DNA of 64,000 bases, taken from assembly GCA_000182565.2 (NCBI GenBank), contig KQ257450.1. One strand, written 5' to 3'. The translations under genes were made by a program, and so were the position numbers. Under the pieces are notes generated by a model, which had not been told where the DNA came from, did no database searches, and saw only the letters and a program-made list of their open reading frames with translations. The stretch is from Spizellomyces punctatus DAOM BR117. Lineage: Eukaryota. Positions 10,353-22,002 of this stretch are shown piece after piece. Each line of letters starts with the position of its first letter. Within the stretch, counting starts at the first letter, position 1.

Positions 10353-12193
10353 ATGGGCAGTGCAGAGAATACAGATCTCACTGCTCCCTTTATGGGTGGA
10401 GTAAGAAAAAGGTCGGCAAGAGACGCGTTCGGTACCGACCCAAGATGGGATGATCCCCGTGGAGGGTAAGCAACTTTCGCTATTACATTGCATGCGGTTT
10501 TGCTCTTGTACCTTATACATGTATTCCAAAAAGGGACAATTTTCGCTCTTACAATCCTTCAGCCCAAGCTTCAGCGGTTCAACCATCGCCATTCGTTCTC
10601 GCCCATGGTGGCGTTCCATTCTCTACTCAACGTCTCGCCCATCGATCCCTTCCCCAGATATCCTATCAGCAACGCCCGGATCACTTTGTTTTTTCATCAT
10701 ACCCAGCACATCAATCCCATGTCTATGTCCCGCAGTATCCGTCTCATGCTCCGTATTCTTCTTTTCGGGCTGCGTCGGTCCCCGGGGAAGGAGGTGTCGC
10801 TGCTGCTGCCGAGGGCGAAGCGGCACCCAATGCAACGTCAAAAGTTATACCCGAAGTAGGCGAGGTTGAAGTCAATAGGAGTGTTAAAGGATTGAGACAT
10901 TTTAGTCGGTGCGTGGCAGATAAAGTTCAATTGAAAGGAACGACAACCTACAATGAGGTAATAGGGGCACACTGGTTCACATCTTTTGAGCATTGGATAA
11001 CCTTGCAGCTTCCCAGGTAGCGGATGAGCTTGTTGAAGAATTTACGGTACAGGCTCGAGATACGAATACCGTATGTACGGCTGTTCTGAGTTATCTGTAT
11101 GTAGCTGAAAATTGACTAGTGCCAACTGCAGAAATTCGACCATAAGAATATTCGGCGTCGAGTATACGATGCCTTAAACGTTCTTATGGCCATGGACATT
11201 ATTGAAAAAGACCGTAAAGAAATTCGCTGGACAGGCTTGCCCGCGGAAGGGTCCTTTCGAAGGGAGCTGGATGTCCTAGAGGTAGGGACTGTCGAGAGGT
11301 TCGAATTGGCGGTTTGTGTAAGCTTAAAGAAATAATTACATAGCGACGCAACGCAGAGCTGCGTGCACTAAACGAAGCGGAAACCCGCAGCGTTAATGAA
11401 CGTATACGAAAGGTACGGCGAATGAGTTGTGCCACCTTCCAGACTTTGTGTCGTCGTCTTCTGATCATGCAGCCTCTAGCAACGTCTCTTAAAAGGACTT
11501 ATCCATCGAAACCTTCAAAGAAAGGATGCGGAAGTGACCTCATCATCTATCGGCTTGACAGGGGCTTCATTCACCACGATACCTCTCCCTGAGCATTGTC
11601 TACCATTACCATTCCTCATATTAAGTTCCTGCCGAGATGCCGAAGTTAAAGTAGAATCGAATGGAGATAAATCGCAGTGCTGCATAAGTTTCTCCAATCC
11701 CTTTGACATGTTGGAAGACATGGAAGTTATAGCCATGGTGGTCGGGCAACAGCAAACGGCAGAAGGGAACGAGGCTATTTTGGACTCTGCATTCACAACC
11801 TTCAAAGAGCAACCTGCATTGACGGAGCATCCCGCCCTTGATAATGGTCTTATGGGCATAGGTCAGCACTCCCAACAGCCTATACATCAAGGGAGATCCT
11901 TTGGAGGTGAGTGAATTTCTTAGATAACTCTGCAAGAGCGTTTGATAATAATCGATCTTTAATATTTAGAGCCTCATCGAACTTTGCTTTCAGCAAATGC
12001 TGCAGCATCGGTAGGCGCCGGTGGCATGGGCCGCGGTGCGTCGCCTTTGACGCTCCCCCTGCCGACCCCATCATCGGCATACGGTACCCCGGTCGGATCT
12101 CGACCGGGATCTCCGAGTTGCTTCCAATACCCAGCTCCCGAAGAGTTGTTGGGAATGGTTGGTTTGACAAAGTCTCGAAAAGTTGGCGAGTGA
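10353..12193 (+). CDS. TFDP: DP (E2F dimerization partner) transcription factor
   Basis: Spliced translation gives [33 protein letters not shown]...[36 protein letters not shown] (DP winged helix/DEF box), then [10 protein letters not shown]...[14 protein letters not shown] (DP dimerization domain). Start codon is approximate. Confidence 0.92.
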
Positions 12194-12285
12194 CAACACA
12201 GCAATTTGACAGTGGGATGGGTGGGTTATTTGACAGATCATGTGTTTATTCCTGTCAGACCGGGAACGTCATAGGTATCTTATCT

Positions 12286-12686
12286 TCATTTTTGACATTC
12301 GCGTGCATACGCGGGGAGGTTAGAACGATGGGGGAGGGAGGGTTTGACATGGACGAACTTTTCGCGGAATTCCTTGTGTGTTTTTTATGTATTTTTCCTT
12401 TCTGATATCCACCGACTGTTGAGTCGCGTATATACCCTACTCGGAAGAAAAAATGCAAATATACCCTTAACTTTGCCCTTTTTGCTGTTGAGGTGCTCGA
12501 TCGCATCGATTTGCAACTTGAAGGATTCTGAAGGAACTTCACCTCCCACGTGACAAAGGATTTGGTCATTGGTGTGAGTCACTCGGCGAATGGGGATAAA
12601 CTGTTCTAAAAGTTGTGGGAAACGCCGATGATCCGACACGCAATCTCTAGAACACATTACACCTGGTTGATAATAGATGCTGCCAT
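12286..12686 (-). CDS. Possible small three-exon hypothetical protein (about 90 aa)
   Basis: Plausible GT-AG splicing joins MAASIINQ / FIPIRRVTHTNDQILCHVGGEVPSESFKLQIDAIEHLNSKKGKVKGIFAFFLPSR / EFREKFVHVKPSLPHRSNLPAYARECQK*. No family recognised. Confidence 0.3.
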
Positions 12687-12929
12687 AGTACGCCAGTGCT
12701 ATATGCTCCTACATTGAGTGCCCTGCCCTGATATCTGTCAAAAGGTGAATGACGCTTATCAGATGGAAGAGTTCCAGAACAAAAAGTGTGACGAAAAAAG
12801 AATGTTGTTTTTTGACAAATGTTGTATCGCCCATTCAGATAGTGTAGACTTTCACGATTGACAGCTGAGAGGCTTTGCGCACGGTTTTTTATTTTTATAT
12901 TGGAAAAAGCATCTTTTCGTCTGCCCATC

Positions 12930-14350
12930 ATGCCTACGAGCCAGAATGAGCGAGTACCAGACGTGACTCGGGCTGCGGAACTTACAGCAGAGTTGAAGAC
13001 ATTAGAGGTACCCTGGGCATTTGACAAAGAGATAAGCAAAATGGCCTTTGATCTGACAAGCGCTATATTAGGCACGGGCAACACACTTTAACGAACTAGC
13101 CCAGCAAGTCAATTCCGAAGAAGCAGCATGTCTCAAAGAACTCGCCAAGCAACGCAAAAAGGTGCGAGAGTTCCTACGAGACAAAACGGTGGTGGCTGCT
13201 GCTTCCCGTGATCAAGTATTTGCGGATCGGTTGGAAGCGATTAGAAGAAAGCTTCAGCATTTGGAGTTTCAATTCCCAAAGCCTGCCCAGTAAGTAGCAA
13301 TCCGAGTTGATCGGATTCGTTAATGCAGCCTAGTAATACCTTTTATAGTATCATTCTCCGGTTAGCCTTGGGTAGTACTGCTCCCGTCTCTCTCAAACCG
13401 CTAGCCCTCCGTCTCCATTACAAACAAGAGTACGAACTCTTCAAGCTCCGATTCACCTTGATTTTCATTTTCCTTTCGATTGCCAGTCTCTTTATCTACG
13501 GCGGTCGTGTCTTGGATGCCATCTATGGATTTGCTATGTTGTACTACTATTGCACCTGTGTGCTACGGGAACATATCTTGTTGGTCAATGGGAGTCGGAT
13601 AAGAACTTGGTGGTTTGGACATCACTATTTGAGTATCATTCTGAGCGGAGTCATGCTGGTAAGTCAAAAAGTGGGTTTGATGGGACCGTTATCTCGCAAT
13701 TTTTGTAACTTGCGCAATTTTTTGGTCAGATCTGGCCAGCAACTACTAGCTACAAATCTATCCGGACCCCCTTTTACGTCTTCTGCCTTTACATCAACAT
13801 TCTCCAGTACTTTCAATATCGATACCAAAGAGCTCGATTGTACGTGCTCGTCGCTCTGGATCGTGCACGGCCTATGGACACTTTGTCAGGAGATGGGTTC
13901 TATTCTGGCTCACTGGAACGGGAATTCCTGTTCCTTTTACCTTTTTTGGTTATTGGGCAGCTTTGGCAACTGTACAATGCATGGGATCTCTATTGGCTGT
14001 GGGAGAAGCACCCCGCCGAGAAGAGGGAATGGCAACCGTTGGTTGCGAGCGGCCTATTTTTGATTCTTGGGATAGGAAACATGCTTGCTACTGTTAGAAC
14101 GTGGGTATCAAAGAAGCGGAGTGGGACGGGGTCTAGAAAACGTGCCAAGGATTACATGCTCAGCAATTTACCGGGTAGTCCACCGGTCAGCCCTGGTATT
14201 ATGACCAGTGGAGTGAACGCATTTCCGTTCCCTCCTTTAGCGGGAAAGGACAGGAACGGAAAGGAGGGGATAGATGGAGTCGGAGAGGGAATGGATAGAG
14301 AGACGGACAAGTTGATTAATGGTGTTCTCAAGGAAAAGGCTGTATCATGA
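12930..14350 (+). CDS. TMEM120: TMEM120/TMPIT family membrane protein
   Basis: N-terminal coiled coil; YKQEYELFKL, YYYCTCVLREHILLVNGSRIRTWWFGHHYLS; downstream QYRYQ..LY and WQLYNA motifs; introns. Confidence 0.9.
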
Positions 14351-14544
14351 TGATCTCTGTCTTGCTATTTTTTTCAAAGTGTCAGGCCACCCCGTTTACT
14401 ACCAGCCCTATGCACCACCCTGTCTAATGCCATATACTCCACACACCATCAATGCAGTCTTTACTAAACCAACTCTTTATCCACCATCCCCATCATCCCC
14501 GCCACACACGATCCCGTCATAAGTCATCAATCGAGCACCCGCTG

Positions 14545-14991
14545 CTACCAACGAGGGCAACGCGACGGAGGAGCGATAATCGGGCTGTACTGCATGCGAG
14601 GGAGGGAGGGACCTGTACAAGATTTACAAATAAAGAAAAAGATTGTTAGAGAAACCGAAAACAAGATAGTTTTTTCTTTTCCGTGCAGTAGGGGTTGCTG
14701 ACACTTTTTCCCGCACTTGTAAAATACGGTATCCATTTTATTGGGCAGTTGTTTACCCATTTCAGCACCCCACATAACAAACAAGGCATTCCTCACCGAA
14801 TCTACAACACACCCTATCCCTCCTAATGAAGATGCATTCAGAAATGTAGGTTGCGATAATGTCGGAGCCGAGGTTTGGCGGTGGGCTGTGGAGGAGAATG
14901 GTGTTGCGGTGGGTGTGCGTGTTGATGCCGACTTCAATGAATGGAGCGGCGAGAGGCGAGTGGGGAGACGAATGTGGATGCGTGGTGGCAT
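14545..14991 (-). CDS. Hypothetical small protein with mitochondrial presequence-like N-terminus
   Basis: Arg/Ser/Thr-rich, acid-free N-terminus (MPPRIHIRLPTRLSPLHSLKSASTR...); probable intron at about 14613-14756; 3' end uncertain. Confidence 0.4.
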   Translation of the reverse strand: MPPRIHIRLPTRLSPLHSLKSASTRTPTATPFSSTAHRQTSAPTLSQPTFLNASSLGGIGCVVDSVRNALFVMWGAEMGKQLPNKMDTVFYKCGKKCQQPLLHGKEKTILFSVSLTIFFFICKSCTGPSLPRMQYSPIIAPPSRCPRW

Positions 14992-15294
14992 GGTCGGGTT
15001 TAACGGGATTTACTGGCAGGCCATGCAAAAGATACTGATGGCAAGTCGGAAATGAGACGAGGGCGTTGTTATGGAAATGGGCGTGGCACAGTCCAAAGCA
15101 GAAACAGATGTGAAAAGAAATAAAAAGGATTATATTGAAATAACAATTTCCATTCAAGAATGGGACCTGATGCATAAGCTAAATAAATCACACATGCGCT
15201 CAAACTAAATACACAAGAAGTAAAAAAAACAAATTGTAAACAACGTGAATAAACTACATATAGTTCAAGGATACCTGTCTACTCCTTTCAAGAC

Positions 15295-16939
15295 TTAGGA
15301 TCCAAACGCAACGCCAAGGGGCACATTATCCTCCTCGGGATCCGCTTTTGGTTTGCGGGACGATGGTTTTCTTTCCACCCCAGTATTCGCCATGTTTTGC
15401 TGTAAAGCTTGCAGGACGACAGAGGCAAGTGGTGTAGAGTCTTCGGCATCGTCCGACTCGGAACCCTTGGCCTTGAGATTCGCATGGCTGGCGGAGCGGG
15501 AACCAAGGTCGGCGTGATTCGATTTGGGCTTCCGCGTGCTAACACTACGACGAGCCGGCCCTCCGGTACTTTGCGAGCGGTGTAGATCTTTTGCCGAGCT
15601 ATCATGTGCAGATTTGCGGGAAACGGCGCGGCTGAGAGGGATGTCAGAGTCGCTGTCGGATGTGCGGGACGATGGGGCTGGGCGATTCGATGAACGAGTG
15701 GACTGAGGGTCTCGGGTTCGAGAGCGGGATGCATGCCGCTTTTTAGCTCGCTCGCGATCTTCGTCTCGTGTATCATCACCGCCCCTTGGTTGCCTAGATC
15801 TCGATCGTGCGCGTGACTTACTAGAGTGGTGTCTATCTGATCTTGAAGCGGACCGACTGAGCGAATCACCAGCGTTGTCTCGTGAGGCAATGTAAGTCGG
15901 TGGAGGTGGAATAAGATCACCTATGGATCCTAACGATCCTAAATCGCTGTTCAAGGGAGGAAGTAGCATAGAGACCGGATGAACCGGCGAAGGAGGCGGG
16001 GAAGTGTCTTCGTCGCGCCGTTGTGATCGCTTGCTGCTCTTTCGTGACAGATTCGAACGAATTGTACCAGATCGACCCAGGGCTTTTGTTGACAGCAACT
16101 TCTCCTCTACATTGCTTGTACCGGTACTGCGGTTAGAACGCGCGCTCTTCATCGTTGGGTACATTGGCTGCGCATCCTCGGTACTCGGGGTTGCCAAATC
16201 TTCCTCGATCTTGATGACAGAGCCAAGGGGCATATTGGCAAAGCCAGAACCAAGACCCAAATCACCATGACCAGCCGCTTTGATAGTCGAGAGGACATCC
16301 TCGTTATCCAACGTCTCAGTCGACGGTCGGAACACTGCGGCAGTATCGTGATCCACATCTGATCTAGCTTTTGAGCGGGATGAGGCTGCTGTAGGTTTTC
16401 GCACAACGTCAGCAAGCATTCCACCCTTCTTGGTCGATCCCGCCCGCTCTAGTCCTCGTTCATTTTCTTCTGACAATCCACGAGTGTATCTCCTGGCTTC
16501 TTGCTCGCTTTTTCTCGTGCTCGGCTTTCGAGTATTTCTCATTCTCACTCAACGTTCCCAAAATGGTTCCAGCTCGAAACGGTACACTTGACTCCTCCTT
16601 TTCCACCCGGCTCNNNNNNNNNNNNNNNNNNNNNNNNNNNNNNNNNNNNNNNNNNNNNNNNNNNNNNNNNNNNNNNNNNNNNNNNNNNNNNNNNNNNNNN
16701 NNNNNNNNNNNNNNNNNNNNNNNNNNNNNNNNNNNNNNNNNNNATTGCGAGGATCACGACGAGCCACACAGGAGAACGCCAATGGGACCTACGAATCGAA
16801 CAAAAGTCAATTTGGGGACCCAAATGAGGTGTGGACACGAAGGCTTACCTAAATCAACCTTTGACGAGTCCGCATCTGCAAAGACCAAGGCCGGGGCAGC
16901 AACCAACAAACACACCCGCAACCAGTGCGCGGAATCCAT
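15295..16939 (-). CDS. Hypothetical single-pass membrane protein with long disordered Ser/Arg-rich cytoplasmic tail, spanning an assembly gap
   Basis: Signal peptide MDSAHWLRVCLLVAAPALVFA, gtaagc intron, hydrophobic PVWLVVILA running into the N-gap, then a 417-aa low-complexity ORF. Apparent frameshifts on both gap flanks. Confidence 0.55.
16614..16743. other. Assembly gap (130 N)
   Basis: Run of n characters. Confidence 1.
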
Positions 16940-18356
16940 TCTCCACACCATGTCCAAAGAACTCTTTTACTCCATGAACAGACCTGGAAATCTGCCTAAT
17001 GGCGGTGTGAAAAACGGGGCCTCCGACAATAAAGTCTCCCAAAAGCCAGGCGACAACTTGCCGCCCACGAGGAAAAAAGTTGGTGGGAAAATTCAGCCCG
17101 TGGCTGCGCGCTTAGTTGCCAGCCTCTCATATTGCCTTATTGATGGTAAATTACATTAGGAATTGAACCAATCAACTCCTGAGGCTTATCTGGCACGCTC
17201 ATTGCGTTTCGTCATGCAGTACGAGGTGTCGCACTGCAAATCGGTTGACCTCGGAAACTGTTGCGTCATGTATTTAAGAAAACAAATTACTTCGACATAA
17301 CGATACAGGATATGATGTCCGTCGATGACATTGGTGTGTGCAAATGAGTTATACGGGACTATGGCAGGGAACACATAGAATGACATGTTATTGTACGCTA
17401 TAGATTCTGTAAAGAATGCAAAGAGTGCCAAGCAGTATCATTTTGTGTAGTTCTTGGATATTTCTTCTGCCAGTTAGGTGCAAAACATCACGAGTATAAA
17501 CGATGTTCCAAACTTTAGTCTATCGGTCGTCAGCCCTCCTGGTTGTAAGGAGCAACCAAGAGTGCCGCATGATAATCAGTAATTCTTTGATGATCAGCCA
17601 GTCAGGTAGCTCATGTAAAATGGACAGTCACAGGAGAGGCACCATGTCAGCCATTCTAGCAAATAATAATAAGTGAATCAAATAATCTCATTAATTTCCT
17701 CGAAAGACAGGAAAAATCAGGGAAGGAAGAAACCGGAAATTAGATGGATTAAACTTTAAAAAACATTGGCGCTCTTGGCACCAAACCTACGACAATATTC
17801 TTATCCATTTTAATGTTCAGGACAATCCCAAAATGAAAATATCAATCAAAAGCCATGGTATTTAATCGCACCTCAACCATGTCGTCGCCTGGAGAGATTT
17901 CCTGAAAGGCTGGCTGCCCGTGGCTGTACAGCCTGCAGACGCATAGAGTAGTTCCGATCCTCTTAAAACGCCTTTCCAATGGTAAATGACACGACCAGTT
18001 GCACCAATCACAACATGATGGCATATGTGGCACATGTCTCCCGATGACAGTTTCGTCTTTCATCTGCGTGCAAGCTTGTAGCCTCCCCGATAGCGTCAAG
18101 AGTTTTGAAGACTCGTCGTACTAGGACTCGGGTTGGACTTCCGATATATGAGATTTGGCTTCGTGTTTGGCTTTGGTTTCAAGGAGTGGACATGGTGCAG
18201 TCCCGTTTCTATGTACTCTACACCGATACGGAGATGCAACAAAAATAGTCAAGACCATGTTGCAGTTTAGTCCACAATGTATGTGCCCTTTCACGAGGTT
18301 AGCCTGTATGGAATACGTCAAGGGTCTGGAGATACAGGAACAAGGTCATTGAATTT

Positions 18357-18456
18357 NNNNNNNNNNNNNNNNNNNNNNNNNNNNNNNNNNNNNNNNNNNN
18401 NNNNNNNNNNNNNNNNNNNNNNNNNNNNNNNNNNNNNNNNNNNNNNNNNNNNNNNN
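18357..18456. other. Assembly gap (100 N)
   Basis: Run of n characters. Confidence 1.
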
Positions 18457-18743
18457 AATTATTGGACCATCATCGACGAGTTCAATCCGTGCAAGCAACT
18501 CATTTTCAAGGGGGACACCCTTTTCTTGTGAATTACACCAGCGGCATTGCTATGCTGGACATCAGCCAAGTACCATATTCGGAGCAAAAAAAAGATGTTG
18601 CAAAAACAGCTCATTTTATTTACAGTTCAAAATGCGATCGAGTATTCCACTCGTCAAGAAAAAATGTATCGGATAAATTAGACTTCTGTCACAGTTGATA
18701 TATGTACATTCACTTCAAACACACAAGAGCCTCTGATCTCGCT

Positions 18744-20722
18744 CTAAAAGGCAAAGCCCGACATTGGCTGGTTAGGCGAAGACCCATTCATTTGTTGAAT
18801 ATGTTGAGGTGTCACGCCAAACAAGTGTCCCTGCATCGCCGCTGCTGCGGCGGGATGGATGTGTTGGATTTCCATTCCTTGCGGGTGCATTGCGTACGGA
18901 TGCGGTAGGTATGCCATCGTCATTTGAGCTTGCGGGAGATTGTAGTGCGTGTGTTGTTGAGGGTGAGGGAGCTGGATGAGTCCTTGTGGGTGTTGATGAT
19001 GGGCCGCCATCGTCGGCATCTGTGCATGGGAGAGGTTGTGGACCATCGGGGAAGCAGGGAGGGAATGCGAACGTTGATGCAGAGACGTGTGACTTTGGTG
19101 CATCATTGGAGATACATTGGCGTGCATCATTGGCGATGCAGGCATAGAATGTGTGTGCATCTCAGGGCCATAGTCCATTCCAGGTAGCGAGGGTGCAGGG
19201 GATCCAGCCTTGCCGCTAAACTGGCCGCCGTGGATCTTCATGTGCTGCGACAGGTTGTCGGAGCGGGAAAATCCTTTGGCACAGTTTTCAATAGGACAGA
19301 CATATGGTTTTTCGCCAGTGTGGCAGCGCATATGACGACGTAGGTGTTCGTAGCGCTTGAATTTTCGGCCGCAAGAGTCAAAGGTGCAGACATAGTTTCG
19401 CTTTTCCTCTCCTTCTTTGCTCCGAAGAGGGGAAGATGTGACAGGCTCCGGAGTAGAGACACGTCCTGAATTGTATCCCTTGCTCAAGCTGAACAGCGAC
19501 TGTGCTCGTCGCCGTTGCTTGTAGTTTGGAGAACCTTCAAAGAGAGAGAACACGCCAAACAAGCCCGGGTTACCAGCCCCAGGTTGCTGTGGAACAATGT
19601 ACTCTCCGTCGGCGGTGTGGAGGGCATGGACTCCGTCTTCCGATGTCACAGAAGACATGGACGGAGAGTTACCAGTCGACATTTGCGGTGATGCATGAGT
19701 AAGGTATGGCGTGCCAGCCGCCGAGTGAGGAGATGAGTTCATTGGGTTGAAGACGTATCCATTTGGACCTTCCTGCGGCGGAGCAGGAGCGGCGCCAATA
19801 GGGGAATCGTTTATCCACTCATCTAGTACCACCGTGCTCTCTCCTGGTCCACTCATAGGATCAGGTTTGAGATGCAAGGTTGGAAGGCATTGTTGTTTAG
19901 CCAACTCGAGTGTGGGAATCAACGGCATTGGATTGATGGCAACTGTGGTCGGCTCAATTCCCAAGGCTTCGCGCTTGAGATCCCGCTCTAGCGCATCCTG
20001 AAAAGAGAGGAATCGTCAGTCGCAAGTACATGGACTTAAAACAAGAGATAGCATACACATACCATAAAGAGACGATCATGAGGAACCGAGAACCAGTAGA
20101 AAACTTTCTGCTTCTTTTGAGTCCGGATGCAGTTGTTTTTATACAGCATCTCGAGAAACTCTGATCTTGGCTCTTCCAGAGTCGCATCAATCCCAGGCTT
20201 TAGATTTCTCAAATCCGAGAAAACGCCCTCTTCAAACTTTTTCACATTCTTGACGGGACGCCCAAATCCTTGGAATCGAAACATCAGAGAGCGAACAATA
20301 TCTGTTCCCGTGATGTGGAACAAGTTGTTCCAGAGGACGCAGGAGATGTGTTCACCATTTGGCAAAGCAAATCGCTTGATGGTTTGTTCAGGATCCCAAT
20401 TTGTCGGGGCGGTCGCCAAAAAAAGTTTTAGCCGATCCAAGAGTTCAGCTGCGGAAGAGTCGGCGGCTGTAGGGTTGGTGGAAGGAGCGTTTGATGGTAC
20501 AGTTGCATGGGACAGAGCGGGAGAGGCAGAGACTACGGATTCCGAGATCGAACCTCGGTGTCCAGCATGTGATTGCTGTTGTTGCTGCTGCTGCATGTGC
20601 TGTGTCGAGGATTGTTGGTCTTGCTGTTCATCGTGTGTATAATTGTGATGCTCGATTTTCTGATGCAAAAGGTCTTGCTGGTCGTCGTGTTGCTGCTGCT
20701 GCTGGTGCTCTTCTGGCGTCAT
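18744..20722 (-). CDS. STE12: Ste12/SteA transcription factor (STE domain plus two C2H2 zinc fingers)
   Basis: [12 protein letters not shown]...[17 protein letters not shown]...[15 protein letters not shown]...[33 protein letters not shown] (intron 19998-20062); [19 protein letters not shown] and [14 protein letters not shown] fingers. Confidence 0.97.
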
Positions 20723-22002
20723 GTTTTGAAGAGCCTTTTTTTTCAATCTTGACACAGTGCAGCTCTTGTCCGGAAGGCGGTTTTGTACTAGTTGTGTTTT
20801 GCAAGAGAATAATAACAAACGAGGAGATGCCTCTTGTTTGAACGATGGCAGGAATGAAGACGGGGGGAGGAAGGAAAGCCCAAAAGGTCTAATAAGCTGA
20901 AATCTGGCGCAGAGTCACAAAACCACAAGGTAAAACGGGGCGGCCACTCCGCTTTGAATTTCCCAAACAGCCGCACAAAACAAAACACCTCCTTGCAAAA
21001 GGGGGGGAGGAGAAGAGAAAAACGATGAGGGGCGGAAAGCGGCCGAGCCTCTTTATATCCACTCCTTCTTTCCTTTGAGCAAGAAATGGCCGCTTTGCGA
21101 CAGCGTTTTAAACGCCACGCGCACAAAATTTGATGGGGGCGCGTCATTGATTGGTGCAACGAGAGGAAAAACAAATTTGAATTATCGGGGACCCCCCGTC
21201 TTGTTTCACGTCTGGGCATCATCCCCCAACGATACATCCCAAAATGGTCAAAGATCTGGGCATCTGGGTAACCATAGGCCTTGTGGGTTTGAATGCAGTG
21301 GGAGGGGCGCTCATGGGCAACATTTCCAGATGCACAAAGCAACGGGAAACCAGCCTTTGGGCACTCTTTATTTGGGGATCTCGGAGGGGACTATCGTCCT
21401 TTTTGTTTGCACACACCCACGCAACACACGCGACACCCAACTGACGATAAACCCACAGGCGTCTTCTGCCAAAAGGCGTCTGCCCCCAAAAGTGCCGTTG
21501 CATTCAATGTGTTGCATTCATGACTCGCGTGTGCAATATCTTTTTCTACTTAACGGATGCCCAATATTGTTTGGGTGCTATAAATAGCTACACGTGACTA
21601 CAAATATACCTTATTTTGGCAAACACAAGAGGGAGCGCCGCCATCTTGGGAAGTTGGGATGCCCCTCCCGACGCCACAGCACCCGCCGGTTATCACAAGA
21701 TATCACATGAGCGAGCGTTACACGTGCTAATGCATTAGAGCCAACCCTTTCGGCGGTGCTGGAATGCGGATGGAACCTGCACATTATGTCAAGATGCGCT
21801 TTTGGGAAAAAAGTAAGGGCGATGCAAAAAACCCAATTAGCGGCATGACGGCTGCCGCTGGTCTGCTCTCGCTGGGTATCTGCGCTTGCAAGTAGAAAGG
21901 AAACCGACGACGATACGGCAAGTCGCTGATATACGAACGCCTGTATTGGACGCTTGTGCGGAACCTTGTTTATTCAAGTAGCTATAAAACTCTTCGTCGA
22001 CC

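Noticed and set aside
16754-16790. In-frame TGA after CGSS as selenocysteine or readthrough
   Set aside because: Lies next to a contig end, a small indel restores a sensible TM-coding frame, and no SECIS was recognised.
17160-18740. Gene-poor region with an assembly gap as a transposon or Fanzor remnant
   Set aside because: No transposase, RuvC or RT motifs and no terminal inverted repeats recognised by eye; content inside the gap cannot be assessed.
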